A DNA stretch of 45,094 nt from Clostridiales bacterium (GTDB taxonomy: Bacteria > Bacillota > Clostridia > HGM11327): positions 1 through 45,094 of the forward strand of contig SVGF01000003.1 of assembly GCA_015056475.1 (NCBI GenBank). Direction: 5' to 3'. Positions 36,811-45,094 of this stretch are shown here, one piece after another (position 1 is the first letter of the stretch; every line of letters starts with the position of its first letter). The position numbers were made by a program, and so were the translations under genes. The notes beneath the pieces are model-generated. The model ran no database searches. It had not been told where the DNA came from and saw only the letters and a program-made list of their open reading frames with translations.

Positions 36811-36839
36811 TTGACAATTATATTTAATTATGTTAAAAT
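36811..36839 (+). promoter_or_regulatory. Sigma-A promoter
   Basis: TTGACA-17 nt-TAAAAT with extended -10 TG. Confidence 0.75.
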
Positions 36840-36894
36840 TGTTATCAGCAGATTATGCACTAAAAAATATATTTGACGAAAAGGAAATATTATT

Positions 36895-38127
36895 ATGGCA
36901 GACAGAGTTCAGCTTACATTCTGGAATTATAACCAGTTTGCAAATTATCAGCCCCATATGCTTGAGGATTGGATAAACCTTGGCATGACAACACCGATCA
37001 CACCCTCGTTTGGCTTGAATTCAAGCGAGGAATTGTATAAAAAGTTCTATGAGATGCTTGACGATGCACACAACCGCGGTGTAGGGCTCATACTTCAGAT
37101 TCCCGATATCTATCTTTGGAGCTATCATGACAGGGAGAGCTTTATTAAGACGGCTCTTGTAGTTAAAGAAAAATTTGGAAGCCACCCCGCAGTTTGCGGC
37201 TTCTATGTAGGCGAAGAGCCCCACGGTGATGCAAAGGAATATTTTGAGGGCGTGAAGACTCTTAAGGAGATATTCCCCGACAAGATCTTCTATATGAATA
37301 TGGGCAGCATTGAGCGCACGGAAAGATGCGCACTCAAGGGCAGAGAGAGCATTACAAATTGGTGCTGCAGATACACAAAGGAAACGGGCAGCAACATCAT
37401 TGGCTACGGCTGCTATGCAGGTATGCTTGTTGACGGCACAGGTCTTTACGAGCATTTCCACAATATCAGAGAATTCGTTGAAGCAGGTAAGAAAGCTGGC
37501 GCTGACATCTGGGCTACAATGCTCTCCTCCGTTCACGATTTTTACAAGATACCCACAGCGGACGATTTCCGTTGGCAGTTGAATACATGCGTCGCTTGCG
37601 GATGTAAGGGTATAGTATGGTTCAGAATTTACGATAAATTGGTTGCAGGCGACTACCGCGAATCTCCCATTGATGAGTTTGGCAACAAGACGACTCATTA
37701 CTATGATCTTGCAAGAGTTCAGAATAAGTTTAACATTCTTTACGGCGAGATATTTGCAAAACTTAACCATAAGTATACATACGGCATTGGCGTAAGCTAC
37801 GGCGGATACCCCTACTACACAACTCCCAACGAATGCGATTGCGATTATATTGCAGGCGTTTCGGGCAGAATGGGTATGGTTTCGACATTTGTTGACGACG
37901 ACGGAGTTGATTATTGCGTTCTTATCAACACGGATCCCAAGCTTGCAGGCCATCTCAGCCTCACGTTTACTGATAAGGTGGAAAAGGTTGAGGAGGTATT
38001 CTACAACGGTAAGCAGCTCGACCTTAAGGTTAAGCGCGACGGTCAGCAGGGCAACCTCGCAATGGCTTCTGCTTGCTATGCACCCGGACAGATGTCACTC
38101 TTTAAGATAACAAAGGTTAAGGAATAA
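36895..38127 (+). CDS. Hypothetical TIM-barrel glycoside hydrolase-like protein
   Basis: HPAVCGFYVGEEP (acid/base-like, cf. DEP/NEP) and RWQLNTCVACGCKGIVWF (cf. GAKGI.WF); C-terminal beta domain; AAGGA RBS. Confidence 0.55.
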   Translation: MADRVQLTFWNYNQFANYQPHMLEDWINLGMTTPITPSFGLNSSEELYKKFYEMLDDAHNRGVGLILQIPDIYLWSYHDRESFIKTALVVKEKFGSHPAVCGFYVGEEPHGDAKEYFEGVKTLKEIFPDKIFYMNMGSIERTERCALKGRESITNWCCRYTKETGSNIIGYGCYAGMLVDGTGLYEHFHNIREFVEAGKKAGADIWATMLSSVHDFYKIPTADDFRWQLNTCVACGCKGIVWFRIYDKLVAGDYRESPIDEFGNKTTHYYDLARVQNKFNILYGEIFAKLNHKYTYGIGVSYGGYPYYTTPNECDCDYIAGVSGRMGMVSTFVDDDGVDYCVLINTDPKLAGHLSLTFTDKVEKVEEVFYNGKQLDLKVKRDGQQGNLAMASACYAPGQMSLFKITKVKE

Positions 38128-38146
38128 TTTGATATAAGTACAAAAT

Positions 38147-38187
38147 ATCCCCGATGGAGCTTGTGATCCGTCGGGGACGTTTTTTTA
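38147..38187. terminator. Bidirectional intrinsic terminator
   Basis: TCCCCGATGGA/TCCGTCGGGGA stem followed by T-tract. Confidence 0.8.
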
Positions 38188-40641
38188 TTCTTTTGGCGTA
38201 TAGCCCGCCTTTTTTATTGCCTTGAAGACCTTGCCTTGGCTGACCTTGCCGGTAACGCTGTACGTAACTGTGCCGCTCTTGTGGTCTGCAACTGCACCGC
38301 CAATGCCCTTTACAGCCAAGAGTGCGTTTCTTACCCTTGCCTCGCAATGCTCGCACATCATGCCTTCAACGTGAAGTGTGATGCTTTGAACTGTAGGATC
38401 ATTTTTGCTTGATGAGATGGGCTTACCCTTTTCGTCAATATTCATGAGGTTAAGCCTTAATGCATTCGTCACCACGCAGAAGCTTGACAAGCTCATTGCA
38501 AGCGCGCCGAGCATGGGGCTCATTTTCCAGCCGAGGATGCTTATAAATACGCCTGCCGCAAGAGGAATTCCTATTACGTTGTATAAAAATGCCCAGAAAA
38601 GATTTTCCTTTATATTTGTGAGCACAAGCTTGCTGAGCCGTACTGCTCTGACTGCGTCGGTAACGTTATTCTTCATCAGCACAACGTCAGCGGCGTCTAT
38701 TGCTATGTGAGTGCCCGAGCCTACCGCGATACCGATATCCGCCGCGCTGAGTGCGGGAGCATCGTTGATGCCGTCGCCTATCATGGCAACGCTTCCTCGC
38801 GACTTTAACTGCGTTACCGTTTTAGCTTTATCCTCGGGCATTACCTCGGCATAAAACTCGTCAACTCCAACGTTTTTTGCAACGTATTTGGCTGTGCCGT
38901 TATTGTCACCCGTAAGCATAACCGTGTGGATCCCCATGTGCTTTAACTGAGATATTGCAAGCTTTGCATCGGGTTTTAATTCATCTGCAACGGCAATGAT
39001 TCCGAGCAATTTATCCTCGCGAGCTATGAGCATGGGAGTTTTGCCCTGTGACGCCATTTGAGAGCAAGTATCCAATGCATTCTGATCAACCTCGACAAGA
39101 GTTTTGATGAAGCTGACTCTGCCGCAGTATACTCTGCCGCTTTGAGTTACGGCTGTAACACCGCTACCTGTGAGTGTTTCAAAATCGGTTGCTTCTATAC
39201 TTTGTGCATTCATTTTTTGAGCATGGTCGCATATTGCCGTTGCAAGGGGATGTGAGCTGAATTTTTCTACGGAATATGCGACTGAAAGCAATTCGTCACT
39301 TGTTACTCCGTCAACCGCCACAACGTCAACAACCTTTGGTTCACCGACGGTGATAGTTCCCGTTTTGTCAAAAACTGCAACGTTTATTTTTCCGACAGCT
39401 TCAAGTGCTTCAGCATTTTTGAACAGAATTCCGTTTTTTGCTCCGATGCCGTTGCCGACGGTTATTGCAACAGGTGTGGCAAGCCCGAGCGCACACGGAC
39501 AGCTTATTACAAGCACGGCAATACCTCGCTCAAGCGCATAGCCGATGCTCTTATCAAGCAAAAGCCATACTATCACACTCACCAAAGCTATTGCCAAAAC
39601 AACGGGAACGAAAACACCCGAAACCTTGTCTGCAATTCTTGCGATGGGTGCTTTTGACGCTGCCGCCTTGCTTACTGCGTCAATTATGCGTGCAAGCGCG
39701 GTATCCTCGCCGACCTTTTCGGCACGGCACTCGATATAGCCCGTCTGATTTACGGTTGCGGAATACACCTCGTCACCCACAGCCTTATCCACGGGCACGC
39801 TTTCACCCGTAAGCGCAGATTGATCAACGCACGAAAAGCCGTTTAACACTATTCCGTCAACGGGAATGCTTTCTCCCGGGCGCACGATGAACACGTCGCC
39901 AACCTTTACCTGATCTATAGGGACTTCGGTTTCGATTCCGTCAACAAGGATGATCGCGGACTGAGCCTTAAGAGATTTTAAGCCCTTTATTGCATCGGTG
40001 GTTTTGCTTTTTGCCCTTGCTTCAAGTAGCTTACCAACGCTTATGAGAGTTAATATCATAGCCGCGGACTCGTAATAAAGCTCGTGAAGAAGCATTGCAT
40101 CATTTTTAACAGCCAAAACTACCGTAATATACGCGCTGTATATAAACGACGCGCCCGAGCCGAGTGCTACCAACGTATCCATATTGGGTGCGCCCTTTAT
40201 TGCGCCCTTGATGCCGCGGATAAAAAACTGTCTGTTGATGAACATTACCGCAAGCGCACATGTCATCTGCACAAGTGCAATGAATATGGGTGTGTCCTCA
40301 AAAAATTTTGGGAGCGGAAGCCCAGCCATATTATAGCCCATTGCAAAGTACATGAGTACCAGCAGTATGGCTATTGATGAGATAAGCCTTTTTAACGTGG
40401 ACTTTATCTGCATTGATTGTTGGTCTTCGTTATTATCATTGCCGTTATCCAAAACAAGCTCGTAGCCTGCTTTTTTTATTGCAACGGAAAGTGCCTCCTC
40501 TGTTTGTGTGCCATCAACAGACAATGTATTTGATAAGAGGTCAACGTTGCACTTTTCAACACCCTTTACACCGTTTACTGCCTTTTCTACCCTTGCGCTG
40601 CAGGCAGCACAGCTCATTCCCTTTACATAATATCTTTTCAT
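38185..40641 (-). CDS. copA: Copper-exporting P1B-type ATPase with N- and C-terminal HMA domains
   Basis: [31 protein letters not shown] and MSLSS motifs; C-terminal GMMCEHC. Start ATG 40641 after GAGGT. Confidence 0.95.
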   Translation of the reverse strand: MKRYYVKGMSCAACSARVEKAVNGVKGVEKCNVDLLSNTLSVDGTQTEEALSVAIKKAGYELVLDNGNDNNEDQQSMQIKSTLKRLISSIAILLVLMYFAMGYNMAGLPLPKFFEDTPIFIALVQMTCALAVMFINRQFFIRGIKGAIKGAPNMDTLVALGSGASFIYSAYITVVLAVKNDAMLLHELYYESAAMILTLISVGKLLEARAKSKTTDAIKGLKSLKAQSAIILVDGIETEVPIDQVKVGDVFIVRPGESIPVDGIVLNGFSCVDQSALTGESVPVDKAVGDEVYSATVNQTGYIECRAEKVGEDTALARIIDAVSKAAASKAPIARIADKVSGVFVPVVLAIALVSVIVWLLLDKSIGYALERGIAVLVISCPCALGLATPVAITVGNGIGAKNGILFKNAEALEAVGKINVAVFDKTGTITVGEPKVVDVVAVDGVTSDELLSVAYSVEKFSSHPLATAICDHAQKMNAQSIEATDFETLTGSGVTAVTQSGRVYCGRVSFIKTLVEVDQNALDTCSQMASQGKTPMLIAREDKLLGIIAVADELKPDAKLAISQLKHMGIHTVMLTGDNNGTAKYVAKNVGVDEFYAEVMPEDKAKTVTQLKSRGSVAMIGDGINDAPALSAADIGIAVGSGTHIAIDAADVVLMKNNVTDAVRAVRLSKLVLTNIKENLFWAFLYNVIGIPLAAGVFISILGWKMSPMLGALAMSLSSFCVVTNALRLNLMNIDEKGKPISSSKNDPTVQSITLHVEGMMCEHCEARVRNALLAVKGIGGAVADHKSGTVTYSVTGKVSQGKVFKAIKKAGYTPKE

Positions 40642-40648
40642 AATTACC

Positions 40649-40963
40649 TCACAATATTCTCTTGAGAAGTGATACGAGCTCATCTGCCGTATCCTGTTTG
40701 CCGGATTTTATATCCTCTACCACACAAGTCCTTATATGCTCTGACAAAAGCTCCCTGCTGAATGCTTCGAGCGCCGCATTGACCGCAGACACTTGAATGA
40801 GTATGTCGGGACAGTATGCGTCCCTTTCTATCATGCCTTTTATTCCGCGTATCTGCCCTTCTATTCTGGAAAGCCTGTTTGAGAGTGCTTTATATTCTGC
40901 ATCTGTGCGATGCTTTTTTCTGCAATGCTCACAATTATTATCGATCAATTCTATATCGTCCAT
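40649..40963 (-). CDS. csoR: Copper-sensing repressor, CsoR/RcnR family
   Basis: [13 protein letters not shown](PDILIQ) and H(IRT)C Cu-ligand pattern; adjacent to copA. Confidence 0.93.
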   Translation of the reverse strand: MDDIELIDNNCEHCRKKHRTDAEYKALSNRLSRIEGQIRGIKGMIERDAYCPDILIQVSAVNAALEAFSRELLSEHIRTCVVEDIKSGKQDTADELVSLLKRIL

Positions 40964-40984
40964 TTTTATTCTCCTTTTTTATAT

Positions 40985-41014
40985 ATTATATACCCCCTTG
41001 GGGTATTTTGTCAA
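40985..41014 (-). promoter_or_regulatory. csoR-copA promoter with CsoR operator in the spacer
   Basis: TTGACA-18 nt-TATAAT. Pseudo-palindrome ATACCCC-CTT-GGGGTAT (40990-41006) matches the C/G-tract CsoR operator type. Confidence 0.85.
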
Positions 41015-41035
41015 GTATTTTTTCAAAAATTTCTA

Positions 41036-41064
41036 TTGTAATTTGCCGTTAAATATGCTATAAT
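41036..41064 (+). promoter_or_regulatory. Sigma-A promoter
   Basis: TTGTAA-17 nt-TATAAT with extended -10 TG. Confidence 0.6.
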
Positions 41065-41095
41065 GAAATGACAAACTTTATGGAGTGTAAAAAAT

Positions 41096-41737
41096 ATGGA
41101 AAACAAGAAATTACCTGAATTGAGTACAAGAGATATAAGGAATTCATTGCTCTTGGGATTGAAATACGTAATGGCAAATTTATTCACAAGCTTTTTGATG
41201 TTTGCTTTCCACTTTATAATAGGAATAATAATGGGATTGGAAACAAACCAGGCAAAAGAATTTTTCAGCGGCGCACTTGTTCATACGATCATGATGCCGT
41301 TGGTAATACTCTACTACGGATACATCGCATATAACGACGGATACAGACATTCAGTCGGCGGAATATACGACAAGAGAAGAATATATCTTGCAACTATAGC
41401 TATAATTGCAGTACAGCTTATCTGTATTTTTTGGGCTATAAAAGTAAACTTGCAGCTTGAAGCTCCGGATGAGCTGAATCCTGCAAACATCGTATCAAAA
41501 TTTTTGATGGCACCGTTTACGATATTGTTTAACCAGTTTCCGTTGCTTATGCCAGAATTGATGCTTTTGCCCGTATGCGTGCCGCCCATAGCTATGATAA
41601 TAGGCTACAAGAAGGCAAGAGGTGTGGAGATACAGGACCACGATATGAGCCAGGATGCTATTGAATTCCGCAAGCAGCTTGAAATGGAACAATATAAATA
41701 CGACGAAACAAAAACAGAAAACGAAAACAAAGAATAA
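41096..41737 (+). CDS. Hypothetical membrane protein (about 4 TM)
   Basis: 213 aa, hydrophobic segments, charged tail, GGAG RBS. Confidence 0.75.
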   Translation: MENKKLPELSTRDIRNSLLLGLKYVMANLFTSFLMFAFHFIIGIIMGLETNQAKEFFSGALVHTIMMPLVILYYGYIAYNDGYRHSVGGIYDKRRIYLATIAIIAVQLICIFWAIKVNLQLEAPDELNPANIVSKFLMAPFTILFNQFPLLMPELMLLPVCVPPIAMIIGYKKARGVEIQDHDMSQDAIEFRKQLEMEQYKYDETKTENENKE

Positions 41738-41748
41738 AGGATATAAAA

Positions 41749-43947
41749 ATGGCTTTAACAGATAAGGAATTACAAGAAGAACAGCTTCACTTAAAAAAAG
41801 CTTACGGACTTATAATTGATGAGACTGAGCTTTTGAGTGGAAATATAAAGGATAAATTCAAAAACATAGTAAGCATCAACAAGGACTTTAACGAGGACGT
41901 ACCAACGTTAAACGGTGGTGCTGACTGGGATCAGATCACTGAGATCTATAAATACAACGACATTGTTGAGGCTGAAGAAAGGCACTACAACGACATAAAC
42001 GCAAGACTCAGAGTGCTCAGACAGATGGAAGCTTCCGCATACTTTGGTAAGATAGATTTTCTTGAGGAGGATGAGTATCTTTCGGAAAAGTATTACGTGG
42101 GAATATCAACGTTAAAGGACGAGGACGATGATTTTATTGTGCTCGACTGGAGAGCACCCATATGCTCGCTTTACTACCAATACGAAAGCGGTAAATGCGA
42201 ATACGAATGCCCTGCAGGAACGATTTACGGTGAGCTTTTGGGCAAGAGACAGTTTGGTATTGCGAAGGATAAGATCAATTACGTTTTTGATACGGACGTA
42301 TTGATAGAGGATAAGCTTTTGTGCAAGCTTTTGTCCGAAAGCAGGGACAAGAGAATGGGGCACATTGTTAAGAGCATTCAAAAGGAGCAAAACGAAGCTA
42401 TCAGAAAGAGCTCCGCTAAGCACCTTGTAGTGTTTGGACCGGCAGGCAGTGGTAAAACGTCCGTTGCAATGCACAGAGCCGCATATCTGCTATACAAGCA
42501 CAGGGATACTATAAAAGCTGATAACGTGCTTATACTCTCCCCCAACAATATCTTCCTTGACTATATAAGCGAGGTGTTGCCCGACCTTGGCGAGGCAAAT
42601 GTAAAAATAAGAACGGTTACGGACCTTTTTGGCGAATTGCTTGGCGACTTTACGGTAACGGGGCATTGCGAGCTGATGGAAAAGATGCTTGCCGAGGACA
42701 GCAAAAAGCGCGAGCTGAGATTGAAGCAGGCGAAGTTCAAAAACAGCGCAACATTCCTTGAAATATTGAAGCGTTATGCAAAATTCGTCGATTCAAACGA
42801 TTTTAAGCCCCACGATATTGAATACCGTGGCAGAATGCTCATCACGGCTGAGGAGATCTCAAGACTTTATTACCACGATTGGGCAAGCATGAATTACGCG
42901 CAAAGGCTCAAGCGAATCTCCGCAAGAATATACTCTGTGCTTGATGAGATAATTGAGCAACGCAAAAAGGAGCTGGAGCAGGAAAATTCGGATCTTTTCA
43001 GCTGGGAAATGGACGAAGTGGTAAATGCTGCGCTGAATCAGGAGTTTGCTTCGATAAAGTCTAAGATCAACAATATGTTTGGCGTGAACACGGTTTCGCT
43101 TTATGCTAATATGTTCAGATCAAAGAGATTCTTTGAAACGATATCGGATCTTACAGACATAAGCTTTGAGGAATTCAAGAATATGATAGACCCTGCCGAG
43201 TATTTTAACAAGAGGCATTTGAACAGAGAGGATCTTTTCCCGCTGCTTTTTGTGAGATGCGTTATTGACGGGCAAAAGGTTCAGACAGAAGCTCCGATCA
43301 AATTTATATTCATAGACGAATTCCAGGACATCTCCCCCACGGGAATTTACGTTTTGCAGAGAATGTTTGACAAGGCGGCAATAACTCTTGTGGGTGACGT
43401 GAATCAGACCATTGATTGCACGGCTGAGATATATAACGAAGACGTTCTTGATAAATGCCTTGAACGAGATGCGGATATATTCCGTTTGACAAAGAGCTAT
43501 CGTTCAACAAACGAGATATCCGAATTTGCTAATTCAATAATTCAGCAGACGGACGTTGAATATATGGACAGACACGGCGACCCCGTATCGGTAATCAAAT
43601 TTGCAAAGGGACAGGACAGATACACCACTCTTATTGATGGAATACGTGAATGCACAGAAAGAGGATTCCATTCAATAGGCGTTATATGCAAAAATGCGGA
43701 CACAGCTTTTGATCTGCATTCAAGGCTGAAGGTGAATGACGATATCAATCTGACGCTCGTTATGGATGATAACGATTCTTACAGCTCGGGTGTGGTGGTA
43801 ATACCGTCGTATCTTTCAAAGGGGCTTGAATTTGACGCAGTATTTGTATATGATGCTGAGAATTACGATACCGAGATCGAAAAAAGGCTCTACTACACAG
43901 TTTGTACCCGTGCAATGCACAAGCTTGTGATTTTTGACGGAGAATGA
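41749..43947 (+). CDS. helD: HelD-like RNA polymerase recycling ATPase (SF1 helicase-like)
   Basis: YFGKIDF, DWRAP, IQKEQN, GPAGSGKT, YISEVLPDLGE, DEFQD, KSYRST, KGLEFD and TRAMH motifs. Confidence 0.92.
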   Translation: MALTDKELQEEQLHLKKAYGLIIDETELLSGNIKDKFKNIVSINKDFNEDVPTLNGGADWDQITEIYKYNDIVEAEERHYNDINARLRVLRQMEASAYFGKIDFLEEDEYLSEKYYVGISTLKDEDDDFIVLDWRAPICSLYYQYESGKCEYECPAGTIYGELLGKRQFGIAKDKINYVFDTDVLIEDKLLCKLLSESRDKRMGHIVKSIQKEQNEAIRKSSAKHLVVFGPAGSGKTSVAMHRAAYLLYKHRDTIKADNVLILSPNNIFLDYISEVLPDLGEANVKIRTVTDLFGELLGDFTVTGHCELMEKMLAEDSKKRELRLKQAKFKNSATFLEILKRYAKFVDSNDFKPHDIEYRGRMLITAEEISRLYYHDWASMNYAQRLKRISARIYSVLDEIIEQRKKELEQENSDLFSWEMDEVVNAALNQEFASIKSKINNMFGVNTVSLYANMFRSKRFFETISDLTDISFEEFKNMIDPAEYFNKRHLNREDLFPLLFVRCVIDGQKVQTEAPIKFIFIDEFQDISPTGIYVLQRMFDKAAITLVGDVNQTIDCTAEIYNEDVLDKCLERDADIFRLTKSYRSTNEISEFANSIIQQTDVEYMDRHGDPVSVIKFAKGQDRYTTLIDGIRECTERGFHSIGVICKNADTAFDLHSRLKVNDDINLTLVMDDNDSYSSGVVVIPSYLSKGLEFDAVFVYDAENYDTEIEKRLYYTVCTRAMHKLVIFDGE

Positions 43948-43948
43948 T

Positions 43949-44416
43949 ATGAAAGTAAGAAATGCAGCTTCAAAGGACATTGAGCAAATAAATACTTTAC
44001 TGTTTCAGGTGAACAACGTCCATGCGGACGGCAGGGATGATATATTCATTCACGGGAAGAAAAAATATACCGATGACGAGCTGGCTGAAATTCTGTTGGA
44101 TGAGTCAAAGCCAATACTCGTTGCGGTGGATGAAAACGATATTGCTCTCGGATATGCGTTTTGCATATTGCAGGAGGCTGAGGGCGATAATTTAATGCCC
44201 ATAAAAACACTTTACGTTGACGATTTATGCGTGCTTGAGGACTCAAGAGGCAAGGGGATCGGTACTTTGCTGTATGAAAGCGTAAAGGAATTGGCAAAGC
44301 AGTTGGGATGTTATCACGTGACGCTCAACGTGTGGTGCTTAAACTCCGGAGCGATGAAATTTTATGAGAAATGTGGGTTAAGACCGCTTAAGGTTACCAT
44401 GGAAGATATTTTATAA
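43949..44416 (+). CDS. GNAT family N-acetyltransferase
   Basis: LYVDDLCV...RGKGIG and LNVW..N..A..FYEKCG. Start ATG 43949 after GGAG. Confidence 0.92.
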   Translation: MKVRNAASKDIEQINTLLFQVNNVHADGRDDIFIHGKKKYTDDELAEILLDESKPILVAVDENDIALGYAFCILQEAEGDNLMPIKTLYVDDLCVLEDSRGKGIGTLLYESVKELAKQLGCYHVTLNVWCLNSGAMKFYEKCGLRPLKVTMEDIL

Positions 44417-44453
44417 AGCCGTATAAGGCTAATATAGTATTGGAGGTAAAAAT

Positions 44454-45094
44454 ATGGACATCAAGAATTTTTACGTTTCACCCCAAGGATGCGACTGCAA
44501 CTGCGGTTGCGAGGAAAAACCGTTTGCCACTATAGATATGGCACTCAGCAAGGTAAATGATGCTGTTTCATCGGGCAAGTATTCACAAGTAAATATACTT
44601 TTATGCAAAGGTGAATACAACGTTGAATCTATCAAGCTCACAAAAGAACACAGCGGCACAGCTGAATGCCCCGTTGCCATCAAAGCTTTGGACGGCGCAG
44701 TTATTAGCGGTGGCAGAGTGCTTGATTTTAAGGATTTTGGTGCGATCGATGATGACGTCAAGGAGAGACTGTACGAATCAGCGCGCGACAAGGTTGTTGG
44801 ATACGACCTTTTGGCACACGGCATAACAAGAGAGCAGATCGGTGATTTTTATGCTATTGCAAGCTGCTGCGGTCAGCTTTTTAAGGATCACGTTGACGGA
44901 CTTAACTGCGAGCTTTTCTGGAATAACAAGAGAATGAGTATTGCCAAATATCCCAACGAAGGCTTTACTAAAATAAGAGAAGTATTTGAAGTTGGTGATT
45001 GCGGCGAATTCCCGCCGCAGAATTACGACGGTGAATTCTGGAAAAAGCAGGAGCCAAAGGGATTCTCCATTTACGTTGACAAGGAAACAAACGA
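44454..45094 (+). CDS. N-terminus of right-handed beta-helix (pectin lyase-like, GH141-like) protein, 3'-truncated by window
   Basis: GGAGG RBS; MDIKNFYVSPQG...PFATI..A, LLCKGEY, AVISGG and ELFWNNKRMSIAKYPN; open to the window end. Confidence 0.7.
   Translation, partial: MDIKNFYVSPQGCDCNCGCEEKPFATIDMALSKVNDAVSSGKYSQVNILLCKGEYNVESIKLTKEHSGTAECPVAIKALDGAVISGGRVLDFKDFGAIDDDVKERLYESARDKVVGYDLLAHGITREQIGDFYAIASCCGQLFKDHVDGLNCELFWNNKRMSIAKYPNEGFTKIREVFEVGDCGEFPPQNYDGEFWKKQEPKGFSIYVDKETN

Noticed and set aside
37021-37953. 310-aa antisense ORF
   Set aside because: It lies wholly opposite a gene with promoter, RBS and terminator, has no recognisable motifs, and is a typical codon-bias shadow ORF.
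44471-44826. Short track ORFs at the right end
   Set aside because: They overlap the real RBS-supported ORF that starts at 44454 and runs off the window.

Overview
Chromosomal window from a moderately AT-rich, probably endospore-forming Bacillota (Clostridia-like) bacterium, judged from the spoIVFA/spoIVFB-like pair, T-box leaders, CsoR/CopA, HelD and consensus sigma-A promoters. Core genes are valS (Val T-box), cysS, metY-metA (Met T-box), hinT, helD and csoR-copA. Between them lie scattered carbohydrate-active enzymes without signal peptides, a same-strand run of small accessory genes, two XRE regulators and two repeat-rich lipoproteins. I saw no rRNA, tRNA, CRISPR array, integrase or transposase. 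Three signals stand out. (1) A 125-bp non-coding element at 6359-6483 has perfect 10-bp terminal inverted repeats and is built from ATGAATT/AATTCAT linkers alternating with sequence-unrelated mini-hairpins, giving a stacked four-way-junction fold (MITE/REP-like). (2) A 1029-codon XRE-HTH plus multi-repeat reading frame (33422-36511) is split by a single in-frame TGA, lies downstream of palindromic operators and upstream of an MmcQ/YjbR gene. (3) A translationally coupled VUT/YhhQ transporter and SDR oxidoreductase pair may be an undescribed queuosine-type salvage module. Family assignments come from motif recognition by eye, not database searches. Several start codons were moved from the ORF track to the RBS-supported start.
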